This document shows positions 47,435 to 56,552 of a DNA stretch of 64,000 nt, piece by piece (positions within the stretch are counted from its first letter, which is position 1; each line of letters opens with the position of its first letter). The translations under genes and the position numbers were made by a program. The notes beneath the pieces are model-generated. The model was not told the origin of the DNA. It saw nothing but the letters and a program-made list of their open reading frames with translations, and did not search any database. This stretch comes from an uncultured Gammaproteobacteria bacterium (lineage in GTDB: Bacteria; Patescibacteriota; Microgenomatia; JAMCZE01), in NCBI GenBank assembly GCA_964641255.1, contig CAZXMM010000001.1, positions 809,890 through 873,889 of the forward strand. The letters are read 5' to 3'.

Positions 47435-47881
47435 TTAATGAAGGCATTCTTTAACTATTTGGGCCACCAAAGCACCGTCCGCTTGGCCCCCAAACTTTGC
47501 CATTGCCAGCTTCATTACTGTTCCAAAATCACTCCCCGGAGCACTGGCGATAAGGGCCTCAATTTTTGCTTTTACCTCTGCTTCGCTAAGAGCAGCGGGC
47601 ATGTAGGACAAAAGGATAGCTAGCTCCTGGTTTTCCCGCTCCACCAGATCGTCTCTCTTAGCCTGAGTAAACATTGCAATCGACTCCCGGTGCGTCTTAA
47701 TTTGCTTGGCGATCACACTTTGGACGTCGGCATCTGTCAGACTCGACCTATCTCGGCCGGGATATTTTTCAATCTGCAGATTAAAAACCGCCCCCAATAA
47801 AAACCTCAGCGCATCAACTTTTATTTGATCGCGGTCCTTTTGGGCCTTCGCCAAATCAGATTGTAGGGTATCAACAAGCAT
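47435..47881 (-). CDS. yqeY: GatB/YqeY domain protein
   Basis: 148 aa. C-terminal GatB_Yqey-like helices (VMKLAMAKFGGQADGALV). Confidence 0.75.
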   Translation of the reverse strand: MLVDTLQSDLAKAQKDRDQIKVDALRFLLGAVFNLQIEKYPGRDRSSLTDADVQSVIAKQIKTHRESIAMFTQAKRDDLVERENQELAILLSYMPAALSEAEVKAKIEALIASAPGSDFGTVMKLAMAKFGGQADGALVAQIVKECLH

Positions 47882-48060
47882 TATCTCGCTCTCCTTGTTT
47901 TTTTCTTGGCTAACTTCTTGAGTTTACGAATGAGAGAAGGTTTTTGGTAAAACTCACGCTTTTTAAGATCGCCAAGAATGTCCTCGTTGAGGACTTTTTT
48001 TTGGAAAGCTCTAATGACCTGGTCTGATGATTGTCCGGGTTGTTGTTTAACTATTGCCAT
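47881..48060 (-). CDS. rpsU: 30S ribosomal protein S21 (59 aa; not in the ORF track)
   Basis: My own translation from ATG 48060..48058 gives MAIVKQQPGQSSDQVIRAFQKKVLNEDILGDLKKREFYQKPSLIRKLKKLAKKKTRRAR. REFY.KPS plus a basic tail is the S21 signature. Its stop overlaps the yqeY start (TAATG). Confidence 0.8.
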   Translation of the reverse strand: MAIVKQQPGQSSDQVIRAFQKKVLNEDILGDLKKREFYQKPSLIRKLKKLAKKKTRRAR

Positions 48061-48069
48061 ATAGTGTAA

Positions 48070-48477
48070 TTACGACACCGCCTTTCTTATTTTTTCAGCT
48101 ACTATTTTTAACTCGTCACGATTTGCTTGTTCTTTTCCCTCATAGGAGCAGTCGTACTTTTTCCCTTCATACACCGGGAACAATTTAAGGTGAGCATGCG
48201 GCACTTCGAATCCTTCCATGACCTGAATTGTCCGAAACGAACCTAATGCCTGGTTAATCGTCAGTGCCACTTTCTTGGCAAACTGATGCATTCTTCCTAA
48301 CTCTTCGTCGCTCAAAGAGTCGTAGAGGTAGCTGTCTTTGTGCTCTCTAGTCAAAACCACCGTCATGCCAGGAAATTTGGGCATGATCCCAAGTATCGCT
48401 AAAAATTCGGCGTCTTCAGCAATCTTTTCCGAAGGAATCTTCCCCCCCACAATCTGGCAAAATAGACAGTCCTCCAT
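48070..48477 (-). CDS. HIT family (histidine triad) protein
   Basis: CLFCQIV N-terminus and a HIT-like motif PHAHLKLFP. 135 aa. Confidence 0.75.
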   Translation of the reverse strand: MEDCLFCQIVGGKIPSEKIAEDAEFLAILGIMPKFPGMTVVLTREHKDSYLYDSLSDEELGRMHQFAKKVALTINQALGSFRTIQVMEGFEVPHAHLKLFPVYEGKKYDCSYEGKEQANRDELKIVAEKIRKAVS

Positions 48478-48538
48478 CGCTTTGTCATTGTAAAACTTTT
48501 GACAAGTAGGAGCAAGGATGGGATTTTACGCACCAAAC

Positions 48539-49543
48539 TCAGGTCAGAGGCACCACAAAGCCACCTCTTCGAAGAAGGGCTCTCCCGTCAACATCCACGT
48601 CTACTTCTAAGGGAATCACGTCAACATGTGACTCGCAGTCCCATTCCTTTTGCCCAGTCTCTTCAGGATAAGGATGGCCAAAAGCCATATGCACACCCGG
48701 AAATTTCTCGTCTTGCAGCAAATTGCCCGATAACTGTTTTAAACCCAGCAGAGCACCTATGGCAAACTCTCCCATTCTATTGCCGTTGGCGTATTCAGAA
48801 ATATAGTGATTAAATTCTTCAACGAGTTTAGTATTTTTGCTTGCCACGCCGGTAATAAACGAGTCCTTAATAGTAAGGACCAGGGGTTCTTGTAAGACTC
48901 CGTAATCGTCACTAAAATGATCCCCGATCACCCAAGCGACGACCGTGCCATTAGCAGTTTCGGGACAAGTAAAACATTCCCCTTCTGGAAGATTTGACCA
49001 TTCACGAGGTTTAGTAATTGCTCCATCACAGGGTTTCCAATGAAGTTGTGGGGAAAAGGTCACCGTGAGATCAGTGCCGTGCGGATCCTTGACGGTAATT
49101 TGTTTAGCAGTTTTTAGAATGGAAAGGAGTTTGGCAATGCCAGTTTGAATGGCGGTGTAATCCTGACTCATCCCCTCTTCCATCAGTTGGCTATTAATGC
49201 CAATCATGTGGGCATGACGGCACCCCAGGTCGGTAACTAGTAAATCCCGCAGTGGAGCCCGAAACACTGGCAGCTCCCCCGGTTTTCCCGTGGCCGCATA
49301 GACAGACACCGTTGGAGCAAACGCGCGAATCTCATCTGCCATTTTTTCCGGTAGTGCCTTAGCGGGTCGGTCAGTGAAGTCTTCAATAGTCACTAGTTTC
49401 GTCTTAGCAATCTTCTTTGCTCCAGCAGCAATCGCCTGGCCAATATCCAGTCGGTCTCTCTCAGTTACAACAATCACCCGATCACCAGCTTTAACCTGCA
49501 GGCAATTATTAATAATATTATTAACAGCTTTTTGATAGTTCAT
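48539..49543 (-). CDS. Aminopeptidase, peptidase M29 family
   Basis: Conserved C-terminal GVHMAFG and an overall AmpS/PepS-like layout. 334 aa. Confidence 0.7.
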   Translation of the reverse strand: MNYQKAVNNIINNCLQVKAGDRVIVVTERDRLDIGQAIAAGAKKIAKTKLVTIEDFTDRPAKALPEKMADEIRAFAPTVSVYAATGKPGELPVFRAPLRDLLVTDLGCRHAHMIGINSQLMEEGMSQDYTAIQTGIAKLLSILKTAKQITVKDPHGTDLTVTFSPQLHWKPCDGAITKPREWSNLPEGECFTCPETANGTVVAWVIGDHFSDDYGVLQEPLVLTIKDSFITGVASKNTKLVEEFNHYISEYANGNRMGEFAIGALLGLKQLSGNLLQDEKFPGVHMAFGHPYPEETGQKEWDCESHVDVIPLEVDVDVDGRALLRRGGFVVPLT

Positions 49544-49563
49544 AGAATGATATTATCACAATC

Positions 49564-50463
49564 TTATTTACGCCCTTTTATTCGGTCAGGAGTTTGTTGA
49601 ATATAAGCCAATCCAAGCGGTGGCATAGTAGCACGAGCAATAATAGGTGCGGTGCACACGAGTCTAATATTTGCCCCCGAACAAGCTTCGGTCCAAGCTA
49701 GCCGGCTCTCCGCAATCTCAAGGGCTGCTCCCTGCAAATCATACTGTGGTCCATACATCCTTTTTCTCACGTTATAAACTTCTCGAACTGTTCGACTTTC
49801 GTTTTGTTGAATCTGTGTAGCCATTTGCCTTACCCGCTCCATTAGCCCAGGTGGATTGGTCACATCAATTTTAGCTCGAAAATATTCTGTTACATTGAGC
49901 TCTGAAAAATCTTTCTGTGCCGCTTCTGCAGATAAAGCGATTCTTTCCTGGGCTTCTTCCTGAGAAATATCAGGCAATAAACCCCAGTGCTCTGGATTCC
50001 AGGCAACAATATGGCCGTGAAGAGAAACTCGTCGCTGAAATTTTTTTGCCAATTCTCGCAGTCTTAGAGCATAGTCTTTAATTACAAGTGCAGTGCTAGG
50101 AGTTCCGCTCCACAAATCTTTCAATGTGGGACGTAACTCTCTGGTGCCGTTTTTTCCATTAATTACTTCGTATGAATAAGGCGGACAAGCGATGGCATGA
50201 ATTTCTAGCTCATCCTTAGGAACACTTAACTCTTGAGCCAGTAATTCAAACTCAGGGGCATTATGAGTAATTAAACCTTGGCTATCTCCAGCCGCCACAT
50301 CAGTTAGTACCTCCCTCCCGAATTCAAATTGCCCTTTATTCTCTTCGGACAAGACATGGGCCAGAACCAATATTCCTTCAACACAGGCGCTAACTACTTG
50401 TGGTCCTTTGCGAGTGATCTCTTTCACCTCTACTTCTAATTCTTCTTGGTCAATATCAATCAT
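49564..50463 (-). CDS. Hypothetical protein
   Basis: 299 aa, ATG at 50463, no recognised motif. Last normal-composition gene before the AT-rich island. Confidence 0.35.
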   Translation of the reverse strand: MIDIDQEELEVEVKEITRKGPQVVSACVEGILVLAHVLSEENKGQFEFGREVLTDVAAGDSQGLITHNAPEFELLAQELSVPKDELEIHAIACPPYSYEVINGKNGTRELRPTLKDLWSGTPSTALVIKDYALRLRELAKKFQRRVSLHGHIVAWNPEHWGLLPDISQEEAQERIALSAEAAQKDFSELNVTEYFRAKIDVTNPPGLMERVRQMATQIQQNESRTVREVYNVRKRMYGPQYDLQGAALEIAESRLAWTEACSGANIRLVCTAPIIARATMPPLGLAYIQQTPDRIKGRK

Positions 50464-50471
50464 ATTTGCAA

Positions 50472-50498
50472 TAAAAAAACCTCCTATTTGTTCGGAGG
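50472..50498 (-). terminator. Rho-independent terminator (minus strand) at the boundary of the AT-rich island
   Basis: CCTCC-gaacaaata-GGAGG hairpin followed on the minus strand by TTTTTTT. About 120 nt downstream of the island GT2 gene stop. Confidence 0.65.
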
Positions 50499-50627
50499 TA
50501 AGGCTTAAATATTTTTTTAAATAACTACATCAACCTTTCCCCTCGATGTGTGGGGGTAAAGTAAAAGCTAAAAAAATTATTCCGTGGTGCTTTGATCGTC
50601 ATTGGTCTCTAATTAAGCACAATTTAA

Positions 50628-51377
50628 CTATATGTCAAATTTCATATTAGAAAAAGGCTTATTAATAAGAGCTACATGGAGTGAACTGCTGGTAATTTTA
50701 GATTTATTTTTCTTTTTCAATTTATCAAATAAAATGTCAAAGAAAACTTCGCATTCTTGCGTCGCTTGTTCATATTTCTCACTATCAGCTCTTTTATCAT
50801 GTAGTATCTCTCCTAAATCAATTTCATTAAACCTTGCACCAGCAAAGTATGCATTAAGGACTATTCCCAAATTTGCATATCGCTCTTCCATTAACTCTGG
50901 AAAGGTGAATTTTTTCTTTATTCCTACAAGTCCTGATAAGGGTTGGGTATATTGAGCTAACTTGGGAAGAAAGTATCTTAGCAATGGCCGCGCCAAATAT
51001 TCAGTTACGCGTCCCTTTCCAAGAAAGCTCCCAAAAACATAATCAGACTCATTTCGAAGCAAAGGAGCAGCCAACTTGTCAAAGTGACTAACGTTTACTG
51101 TTTTTATATCGCAATCATAATAAATAAGATTATCTGTTGAAGAAAGCTCTGTTCCTTTTCTCCGAGCAGCGCAATAACCTTGATTAATTTTGTGACGAAA
51201 CAGTTTAATTCGCTGATCTTTCCTTTGATAACTTATAACAATATCTGCTGTATGATCCACAGAACCATCATCAATGACAATTATTTCAGTTGCCTGGCTT
51301 TTTTGCGCCTCTTGCAAGACTTTTCGAATTCCGTCCTCCTCATTATGCGCTGGTAGAATGATTGAGTAGTTAGCCAT
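50628..51377 (-). CDS. Glycosyltransferase family 2 (short, DPM1-like)
   Basis: MANYSIILPAHNEEDGIRKVL..IIVIDDGSVDHT. ATG at 51377 verified. 249 aa. AT-rich codon usage. Confidence 0.7.
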   Translation of the reverse strand: MANYSIILPAHNEEDGIRKVLQEAQKSQATEIIVIDDGSVDHTADIVISYQRKDQRIKLFRHKINQGYCAARRKGTELSSTDNLIYYDCDIKTVNVSHFDKLAAPLLRNESDYVFGSFLGKGRVTEYLARPLLRYFLPKLAQYTQPLSGLVGIKKKFTFPELMEERYANLGIVLNAYFAGARFNEIDLGEILHDKRADSEKYEQATQECEVFFDILFDKLKKKNKSKITSSSLHVALINKPFSNMKFDI

Positions 51378-52047
51378 AAAAAAATGTTGTTCGTTTATAA
51401 CCTTCAGCATATGTTCCCTTTTTATACATAACGCCTCGATAATGGTTGATCCCTTCAAATGCCGAAGCAAGATCTTTTCTTTTTTGCTGGGAGTCATAGG
51501 TAAGAAAGATGTTTGTTTTTTCCTCCATTTCCTCAGTAATATCTTCAAAATAGTTTGGTTCAACCAAAGGTCTATCTCCTTCAGATTCCCATAACTCTTG
51601 AACCTTGTGAGGTCTTCCACATTTTGGGAAGGCTGAGCGACCAGCATGCCAGACAGCTCTCTTAACAATCCGTCCAATCATTTGGTGTTCTGAATGATAG
51701 TCTTGCTCTTGCAAGATTAAAACTATATCTGGTTTGAATTTGCGAATTTCCGAAACACAGGGCAAGACGGTTTTGTATGACAGTTCAGGGTAATGTGGAA
51801 AGTCCAAGTACGACCATTGTGCCTTCATTTTTTGAGCTACTTGTTTATATTCCTTAAGCCGCATTTCTTTTTCTTTTTTACCTGTATGTTCAAATCGCGG
51901 TTCCGTGGGGTCAACACAAAGAACCAATTTTACTGCTCCTTTGTTTTTAAGAATCTTTAACATAAAACCGCCCGCTCCAGCAATTTCATCGTCTGGATGT
52001 GCAGAAAAAAACATAACCCTCAAAGGATGGCTGAAAGAATTCATCAT
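51370..52047 (-). CDS. LmbE/PIG-L family N-acetylglucosaminyl deacetylase
   Basis: AHPDDE zinc-binding motif near the N-terminus. 225 aa. 8-nt overlap with the GT2 gene. Confidence 0.8.
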   Translation of the reverse strand: MMNSFSHPLRVMFFSAHPDDEIAGAGGFMLKILKNKGAVKLVLCVDPTEPRFEHTGKKEKEMRLKEYKQVAQKMKAQWSYLDFPHYPELSYKTVLPCVSEIRKFKPDIVLILQEQDYHSEHQMIGRIVKRAVWHAGRSAFPKCGRPHKVQELWESEGDRPLVEPNYFEDITEEMEEKTNIFLTYDSQQKRKDLASAFEGINHYRGVMYKKGTYAEGYKRTTFFYG

Positions 52048-52048
52048 A

Positions 52049-53095
52049 TTAATATATTTGATAATTAACTGTGGGATTCAAATTTCCACCGTGAACAAGA
52101 TATGATAGTGTTGTCACTTTACGTTGCCAATATCGAACTATTTCTGGAATATTTTCTTCTAAGACATATTGCTCTATTTGTCGACGAGAACCAGGGATTG
52201 ACCTTTTATTCCTTGGACCTGCACCATTCAAATAGGCATTAAGGACTCCATCCATTAACAATTGGGCTTGATCCCAAGCAAAGTTGACACTTAGTATTTT
52301 TATTGGTAACCCGGAACAAAATCTGCTTCTCAGGTTAAGGGTTTCTCCAAGGTAGGGTAAGGCAGTACAGCCTATGGTATAGCCAAGCGCTGAAAGTTCG
52401 AGAGGTAAAATTTCTCCTTTAGGTATAACTGTTCCTCCTTTTTGGCCATTGTATTGGAATCGTTGCCCATCTCTATCAATAAACCAATAATAGGACGAGG
52501 GGATTCGGTCCGTAAGCTTTGCACCATCACCAGCGAAAAGCTCGGTCATAGTAGTAAAGTTTTGTGGCATTCCAAAAGCTTCTGGAGTAATCCACATTTG
52601 ATCTAAACTGGCCGACCTTTCGATAGTTCTTCTTAATTCATCAACAAATCTATGATCGCTGTTTCCATTCCATTCTTGTAAGCTCTTCGACCAATCGAGC
52701 TCTGTTGTTAGGATTCTCTGCATTAAACCTACAACTGCTCTATCTTTGTTTACCCCCTTGATCGTTTGACTATTGTCTGGTCCAGACAAATAAAGAAGTC
52801 CATCTACAGCGCCCAGGGCATTAGTTATATTACTAGCCGATTTATTGGGACTACTCGGGGTGCAAGGCACCTTGCCTGCTAAACTCCAGTAAGACTGCCA
52901 GCCTTCTTTGACATCTACAGTCCGACGAGATTGATTTGCCCAAGGTCGATCGGCATCTTGCCAATAATATGTGACATCGTTACCTAGTTGGGCTAAAGTT
53001 TTATAGCGTAAAAAACCAGCATCTAAAGGCGCTTGATCGCCACAGAAAACTTTGCCTATCTGATTTGTATTTTCAACTCCGATTTTGCCAGCCAT
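52049..53095 (-). CDS. Hypothetical protein (348 aa) in the glycan-modification island
   Basis: ATG at 53095 preceded by GGAGGG. No recognised domain. Confidence 0.4.
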   Translation of the reverse strand: MAGKIGVENTNQIGKVFCGDQAPLDAGFLRYKTLAQLGNDVTYYWQDADRPWANQSRRTVDVKEGWQSYWSLAGKVPCTPSSPNKSASNITNALGAVDGLLYLSGPDNSQTIKGVNKDRAVVGLMQRILTTELDWSKSLQEWNGNSDHRFVDELRRTIERSASLDQMWITPEAFGMPQNFTTMTELFAGDGAKLTDRIPSSYYWFIDRDGQRFQYNGQKGGTVIPKGEILPLELSALGYTIGCTALPYLGETLNLRSRFCSGLPIKILSVNFAWDQAQLLMDGVLNAYLNGAGPRNKRSIPGSRRQIEQYVLEENIPEIVRYWQRKVTTLSYLVHGGNLNPTVNYQIY

Positions 53096-53289
53096 AAAAA
53101 ATCCCTCCTTGTTAAGGGAGGGTTCTAATTATTTTATTTAATGTTTCAGTTACCTTTAACCCTCCCCGCTATGATGCGGCAATAAGGAGGATGAAAAAGA
53201 TAATTGATTTGTTTGTCATGATTTAAAAAACCGCGCCCTCACGAGCTCAGTTGATTGAATAATACATCAAATTTTGAGAAAATTCAAGA

Positions 53290-54465
53290 ATGAACCAGAT
53301 GTTGATCAAAAAGACATTACAGCAGCTTAAGATTGATGCTTATGTCATCTATGACTTTCGCGGCTCAAATTTTCTTGGCCGTGAGATTATCGATTTTCGA
53401 CAATTTACTACTCGACGATTCTTTTCCATTCTGACTCAAGATGGACCGCATCATTTGATTCCAAAAATTGAGGCCCATAACTTTGATAAACTTGAGGGCA
53501 TAAAACATGTCTTCGGAGGATATGCAGAGCTGCATGTCATTTTAAAAGAACTTCTCCCCAAATTTCGAACGATTGCGGTCGATACCAGTAGTAATAATGA
53601 TCTGCCGATTGTTGATTTGATGCCAGCTGGAGTTCTGACACTTTTTAAAAAGACTGCACCCAAAACCAGGTTTGTCAGTTCCGAAGAACTTACAGCTCGC
53701 ATCGCTGCTCTGTGGGGAGAAGCTGGATACAAAAGTCATAAAGCGGCAGCACAAAAACTGCAACCGATTTTTGATAGCGTCTTTGAACAAATTAAAAAGT
53801 CGCTGAAAGATGGGAAAACACTTTCGGACTATGATGTTATGCAGGAAGTAGTGAAAAGACAACATGAAGCCAACTTGCACAATGATGGTGAAAACTTGTG
53901 CATCATAGCGACAAATCAAAGATCAGCCAACCCTCACTACTGGCCCAAGCTAGAAGAAAACTATCCGATTCTTCCTAACAGTGCTCTACTCGTTGACATC
54001 TGGGCCAGAACAAAGGATACCAATAGCGTCTATGCTGATTTCACCATGTACGCCTGGATTGGACCTGATCCGGTTCCAAAAAAAATAGCGTCAGCCTGGC
54101 AGGCATTAATCGATGCACAAAACTTGGCGCTTGAACTATTGAACCAGAAGGTAAAATCTGGCCTTCAAGGTTTTGAACTAGACAAAATTATTCGCACCCA
54201 CCTTCTTAAACATGGCTATGAGAAAAATATTCTTCACCGCTCGGGGCACTCTCTGGGAACAAGAGAACATGGCAATGGAGCCAATCTTGATGATTTTGAA
54301 ACCCATGACACTAGACCCATTCTTCCCAATACTGGATTTACTATGGAGCCAGGAATCTTCTTTGAAAACGAATATGGAGTCAGAGGGGAAATTGATATTT
54401 ATATTCATCCCGACTACAAAGTTGAGATCACTACTCCAAAACAAAACGCTATCATTCTTCTCTAG
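53290..54465 (+). CDS. M24 family metallopeptidase (Xaa-Pro aminopeptidase/prolidase-like)
   Basis: Creatinase-like N-domain, then the M24 metal-ligand motif HRSGHSLGTREHG. 391 aa. Confidence 0.8.
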   Translation: MNQMLIKKTLQQLKIDAYVIYDFRGSNFLGREIIDFRQFTTRRFFSILTQDGPHHLIPKIEAHNFDKLEGIKHVFGGYAELHVILKELLPKFRTIAVDTSSNNDLPIVDLMPAGVLTLFKKTAPKTRFVSSEELTARIAALWGEAGYKSHKAAAQKLQPIFDSVFEQIKKSLKDGKTLSDYDVMQEVVKRQHEANLHNDGENLCIIATNQRSANPHYWPKLEENYPILPNSALLVDIWARTKDTNSVYADFTMYAWIGPDPVPKKIASAWQALIDAQNLALELLNQKVKSGLQGFELDKIIRTHLLKHGYEKNILHRSGHSLGTREHGNGANLDDFETHDTRPILPNTGFTMEPGIFFENEYGVRGEIDIYIHPDYKVEITTPKQNAIILL

Positions 54466-55321
54466 CTTCCCATCTCTGAAAGAATGGGTGAAATATTCTC
54501 CAGCCATTAGGATCTTGTAGCTGGGACTCAATGTAGTCTCTTGATATTTCTCCGCGAGCGCTTGGCATGAGCGCCTTATTATCTCTATCATCCTGATACC
54601 ATGTGCCTATATCTTTATCGAAAAAACTAAAACTAAGCACCTTAGCATACGTGGGAAGCTTATATTCCAAAAACCCTGTTTCCAAATTTGGAAGCCTACC
54701 ATATGCCTCAAAAAAAGCTCGCGAGAGCACTTGTAATAAAAAAATTGATTGCAGAAGTTGCTCTAAGTAATTGTAATTAGTACGAATTAATTCTTTAAAC
54801 CGAAGATATTCTTTTTGGTTACTTTCAAGCCATTGTTTTACTTCTGATTCGCTAACCGAATGAGAAATATATTGGTAAAAGTTTTTATCCTTCTCTTCAA
54901 AGTATTCCTGTCCTTTTGTCCATACCCATCTTTTTTCATACCAAGAAGATAAAGGGCGCACTCCTGATAAAAAAATCTGGTCTGTAGAAATATCATTAAA
55001 AATCTCTTTAACTGGAGCAAAAAACAACGTATCCCATTGAACTATTGCGAGACTATCCCAATCTAGATTCTTGCCTCGACTGTTATACCAATCGACAAGA
55101 AGAAGGTCGCCATTTCTCCACTTCCAGTAACTATCTTGAAAGACCGTGGAACTAAAAAAATCATCGAGTTTAAGATTATTCTCAAAGCTATTTTTTGCAG
55201 CTTCTTCACCTCCATACAAACCATAGATGGGAGTGTTTGGATTGATCTTTCGAAGTAACTCAAGTCTATTTTGGCAAACTTCAAGGTCTTTATAAAACCA
55301 AAAAAGGATTGCTAGCTTCAT
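54452..55321 (-). CDS. Hypothetical protein (289 aa, Trp/Tyr-rich)
   Basis: ATG at 55321. No motif recognised. Strongly AT-rich. Confidence 0.4.
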   Translation of the reverse strand: MKLAILFWFYKDLEVCQNRLELLRKINPNTPIYGLYGGEEAAKNSFENNLKLDDFFSSTVFQDSYWKWRNGDLLLVDWYNSRGKNLDWDSLAIVQWDTLFFAPVKEIFNDISTDQIFLSGVRPLSSWYEKRWVWTKGQEYFEEKDKNFYQYISHSVSESEVKQWLESNQKEYLRFKELIRTNYNYLEQLLQSIFLLQVLSRAFFEAYGRLPNLETGFLEYKLPTYAKVLSFSFFDKDIGTWYQDDRDNKALMPSARGEISRDYIESQLQDPNGWRIFHPFFQRWEAREE

Positions 55322-56407
55322 TTATTGAACAACGAAAAGCAAATCCCCTACTCGCTGCTCTGAGAAAATAGTATCTATTTTAATTTCTCTAGTGAGCTTC
55401 AGTCCGCTTTTTTTAAAATTGGTAAAGATTTCTTGATAATCTGCTTTTAACTCAATTTCCCCACTTACCGGATCCCGTCCCAAGACTGACAAATCTCTAA
55501 GTTGCTTAAGATTCAATTCTTGCTGTGGCGAAAACCCAGTTTCCTGTTTTTTCAAGTATGTGATTCGGCTCTCATAAAAAATTCTACAAGCGTTAGCATA
55601 TTCTTGCTGAGTAGAAAATTTAGGAATCACTTTTTCATAAATAATAATCAGACCCTTTGGTGTGAGCAAGTTTTTTAATTTTCTTAAGAGCCTCACCCGC
55701 TTATCTCTTGGAAAGTGGTGGTATACAGAAGTAAGAGTGATAATTTCAAATTTACTTTTGGGATTAAAAGAAAAAATATCTTTTATGATTAAATCCCAAT
55801 CAGGTCGGGAACTAAGTTTTGGCTTTGCCTGGGCAATAAAGCTTTTGTTATAGTCAAGGCCAACATACTTTATATTTTTGGATTCTAACAGCTTTTCTCC
55901 CAGAATGGCTGTCCCACAACCTACATCTAAAATCCGAATTTCGTTTGAGTTGGCAGCCTTAATAATCTCTTTTGCTACCCAGCTATATTCTTCAATCTTA
56001 GTCTTTGAAGTCATGGCATCATAAAGACTTCCTGCCTTAGCGTTCTTGACATCATAGAGAGCGGAAACATCCAGGTTATGCAATATTTCCGTCTTTGCAC
56101 TAACGCCATCATGAACAAATACAGCTACTTTGGCTTTACCTGTAATGGCGTAATAATCACCATCCTCGATTAAGCGGTTGTCACCGGCTTTCAGGTCATA
56201 AACTACACCATTAATAGTTAGCGTGATTCTTCCTGTTACCACAACAATGTATTCATTTCTATTAACGTTATGGGCAATTTTCCCAATTTGGGGATAGGGA
56301 CCATTTAGTTCAGCAATAGCCATGGAATAGTTTCCTAAAAAGGGGGTGTGGACTGCAACTGTAGTGTTCTTTTCCAACTGATAAGTTTTTGGTGTTCCTA
56401 TTTTCAT
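55322..56407 (-). CDS. Cupin domain / class I SAM-dependent methyltransferase fusion protein
   Basis: N-terminal cupin beta-barrel region (NEYIVVVTGRITLTINGVVYDLKAGD), then MTase motif I ILDVGCGTAILGEKL. First ATG at 56407; the track start at 56437 is TTG. Confidence 0.55.
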   Translation of the reverse strand: MKIGTPKTYQLEKNTTVAVHTPFLGNYSMAIAELNGPYPQIGKIAHNVNRNEYIVVVTGRITLTINGVVYDLKAGDNRLIEDGDYYAITGKAKVAVFVHDGVSAKTEILHNLDVSALYDVKNAKAGSLYDAMTSKTKIEEYSWVAKEIIKAANSNEIRILDVGCGTAILGEKLLESKNIKYVGLDYNKSFIAQAKPKLSSRPDWDLIIKDIFSFNPKSKFEIITLTSVYHHFPRDKRVRLLRKLKNLLTPKGLIIIYEKVIPKFSTQQEYANACRIFYESRITYLKKQETGFSPQQELNLKQLRDLSVLGRDPVSGEIELKADYQEIFTNFKKSGLKLTREIKIDTIFSEQRVGDLLFVVQ

Positions 56408-56552
56408 GTAATCATTATAGCCATTTTTCTCAACCAAACAATTGTATGTATGTATAAGTTTTTGCTATGTCACTTACGGTAGCGTGGCATCGCTACACTA
56501 AAGTAAAGTGCAAGGTGTAGTAGCTATTAAAGTGATTTGAAGCAGATTTGTA

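Noticed and set aside
53096-53289. Hairpin CCCTCC-ttgttaa-GGGAGGG at ~53107-53128 as a terminator
   Set aside because: On the minus strand the GGAGGG arm is the RBS (GGAGGGATTTTTTATG) of the 348-aa gene starting at 53095. On the plus strand nothing is transcribed into it. The region is better read as a divergent promoter/RBS region.
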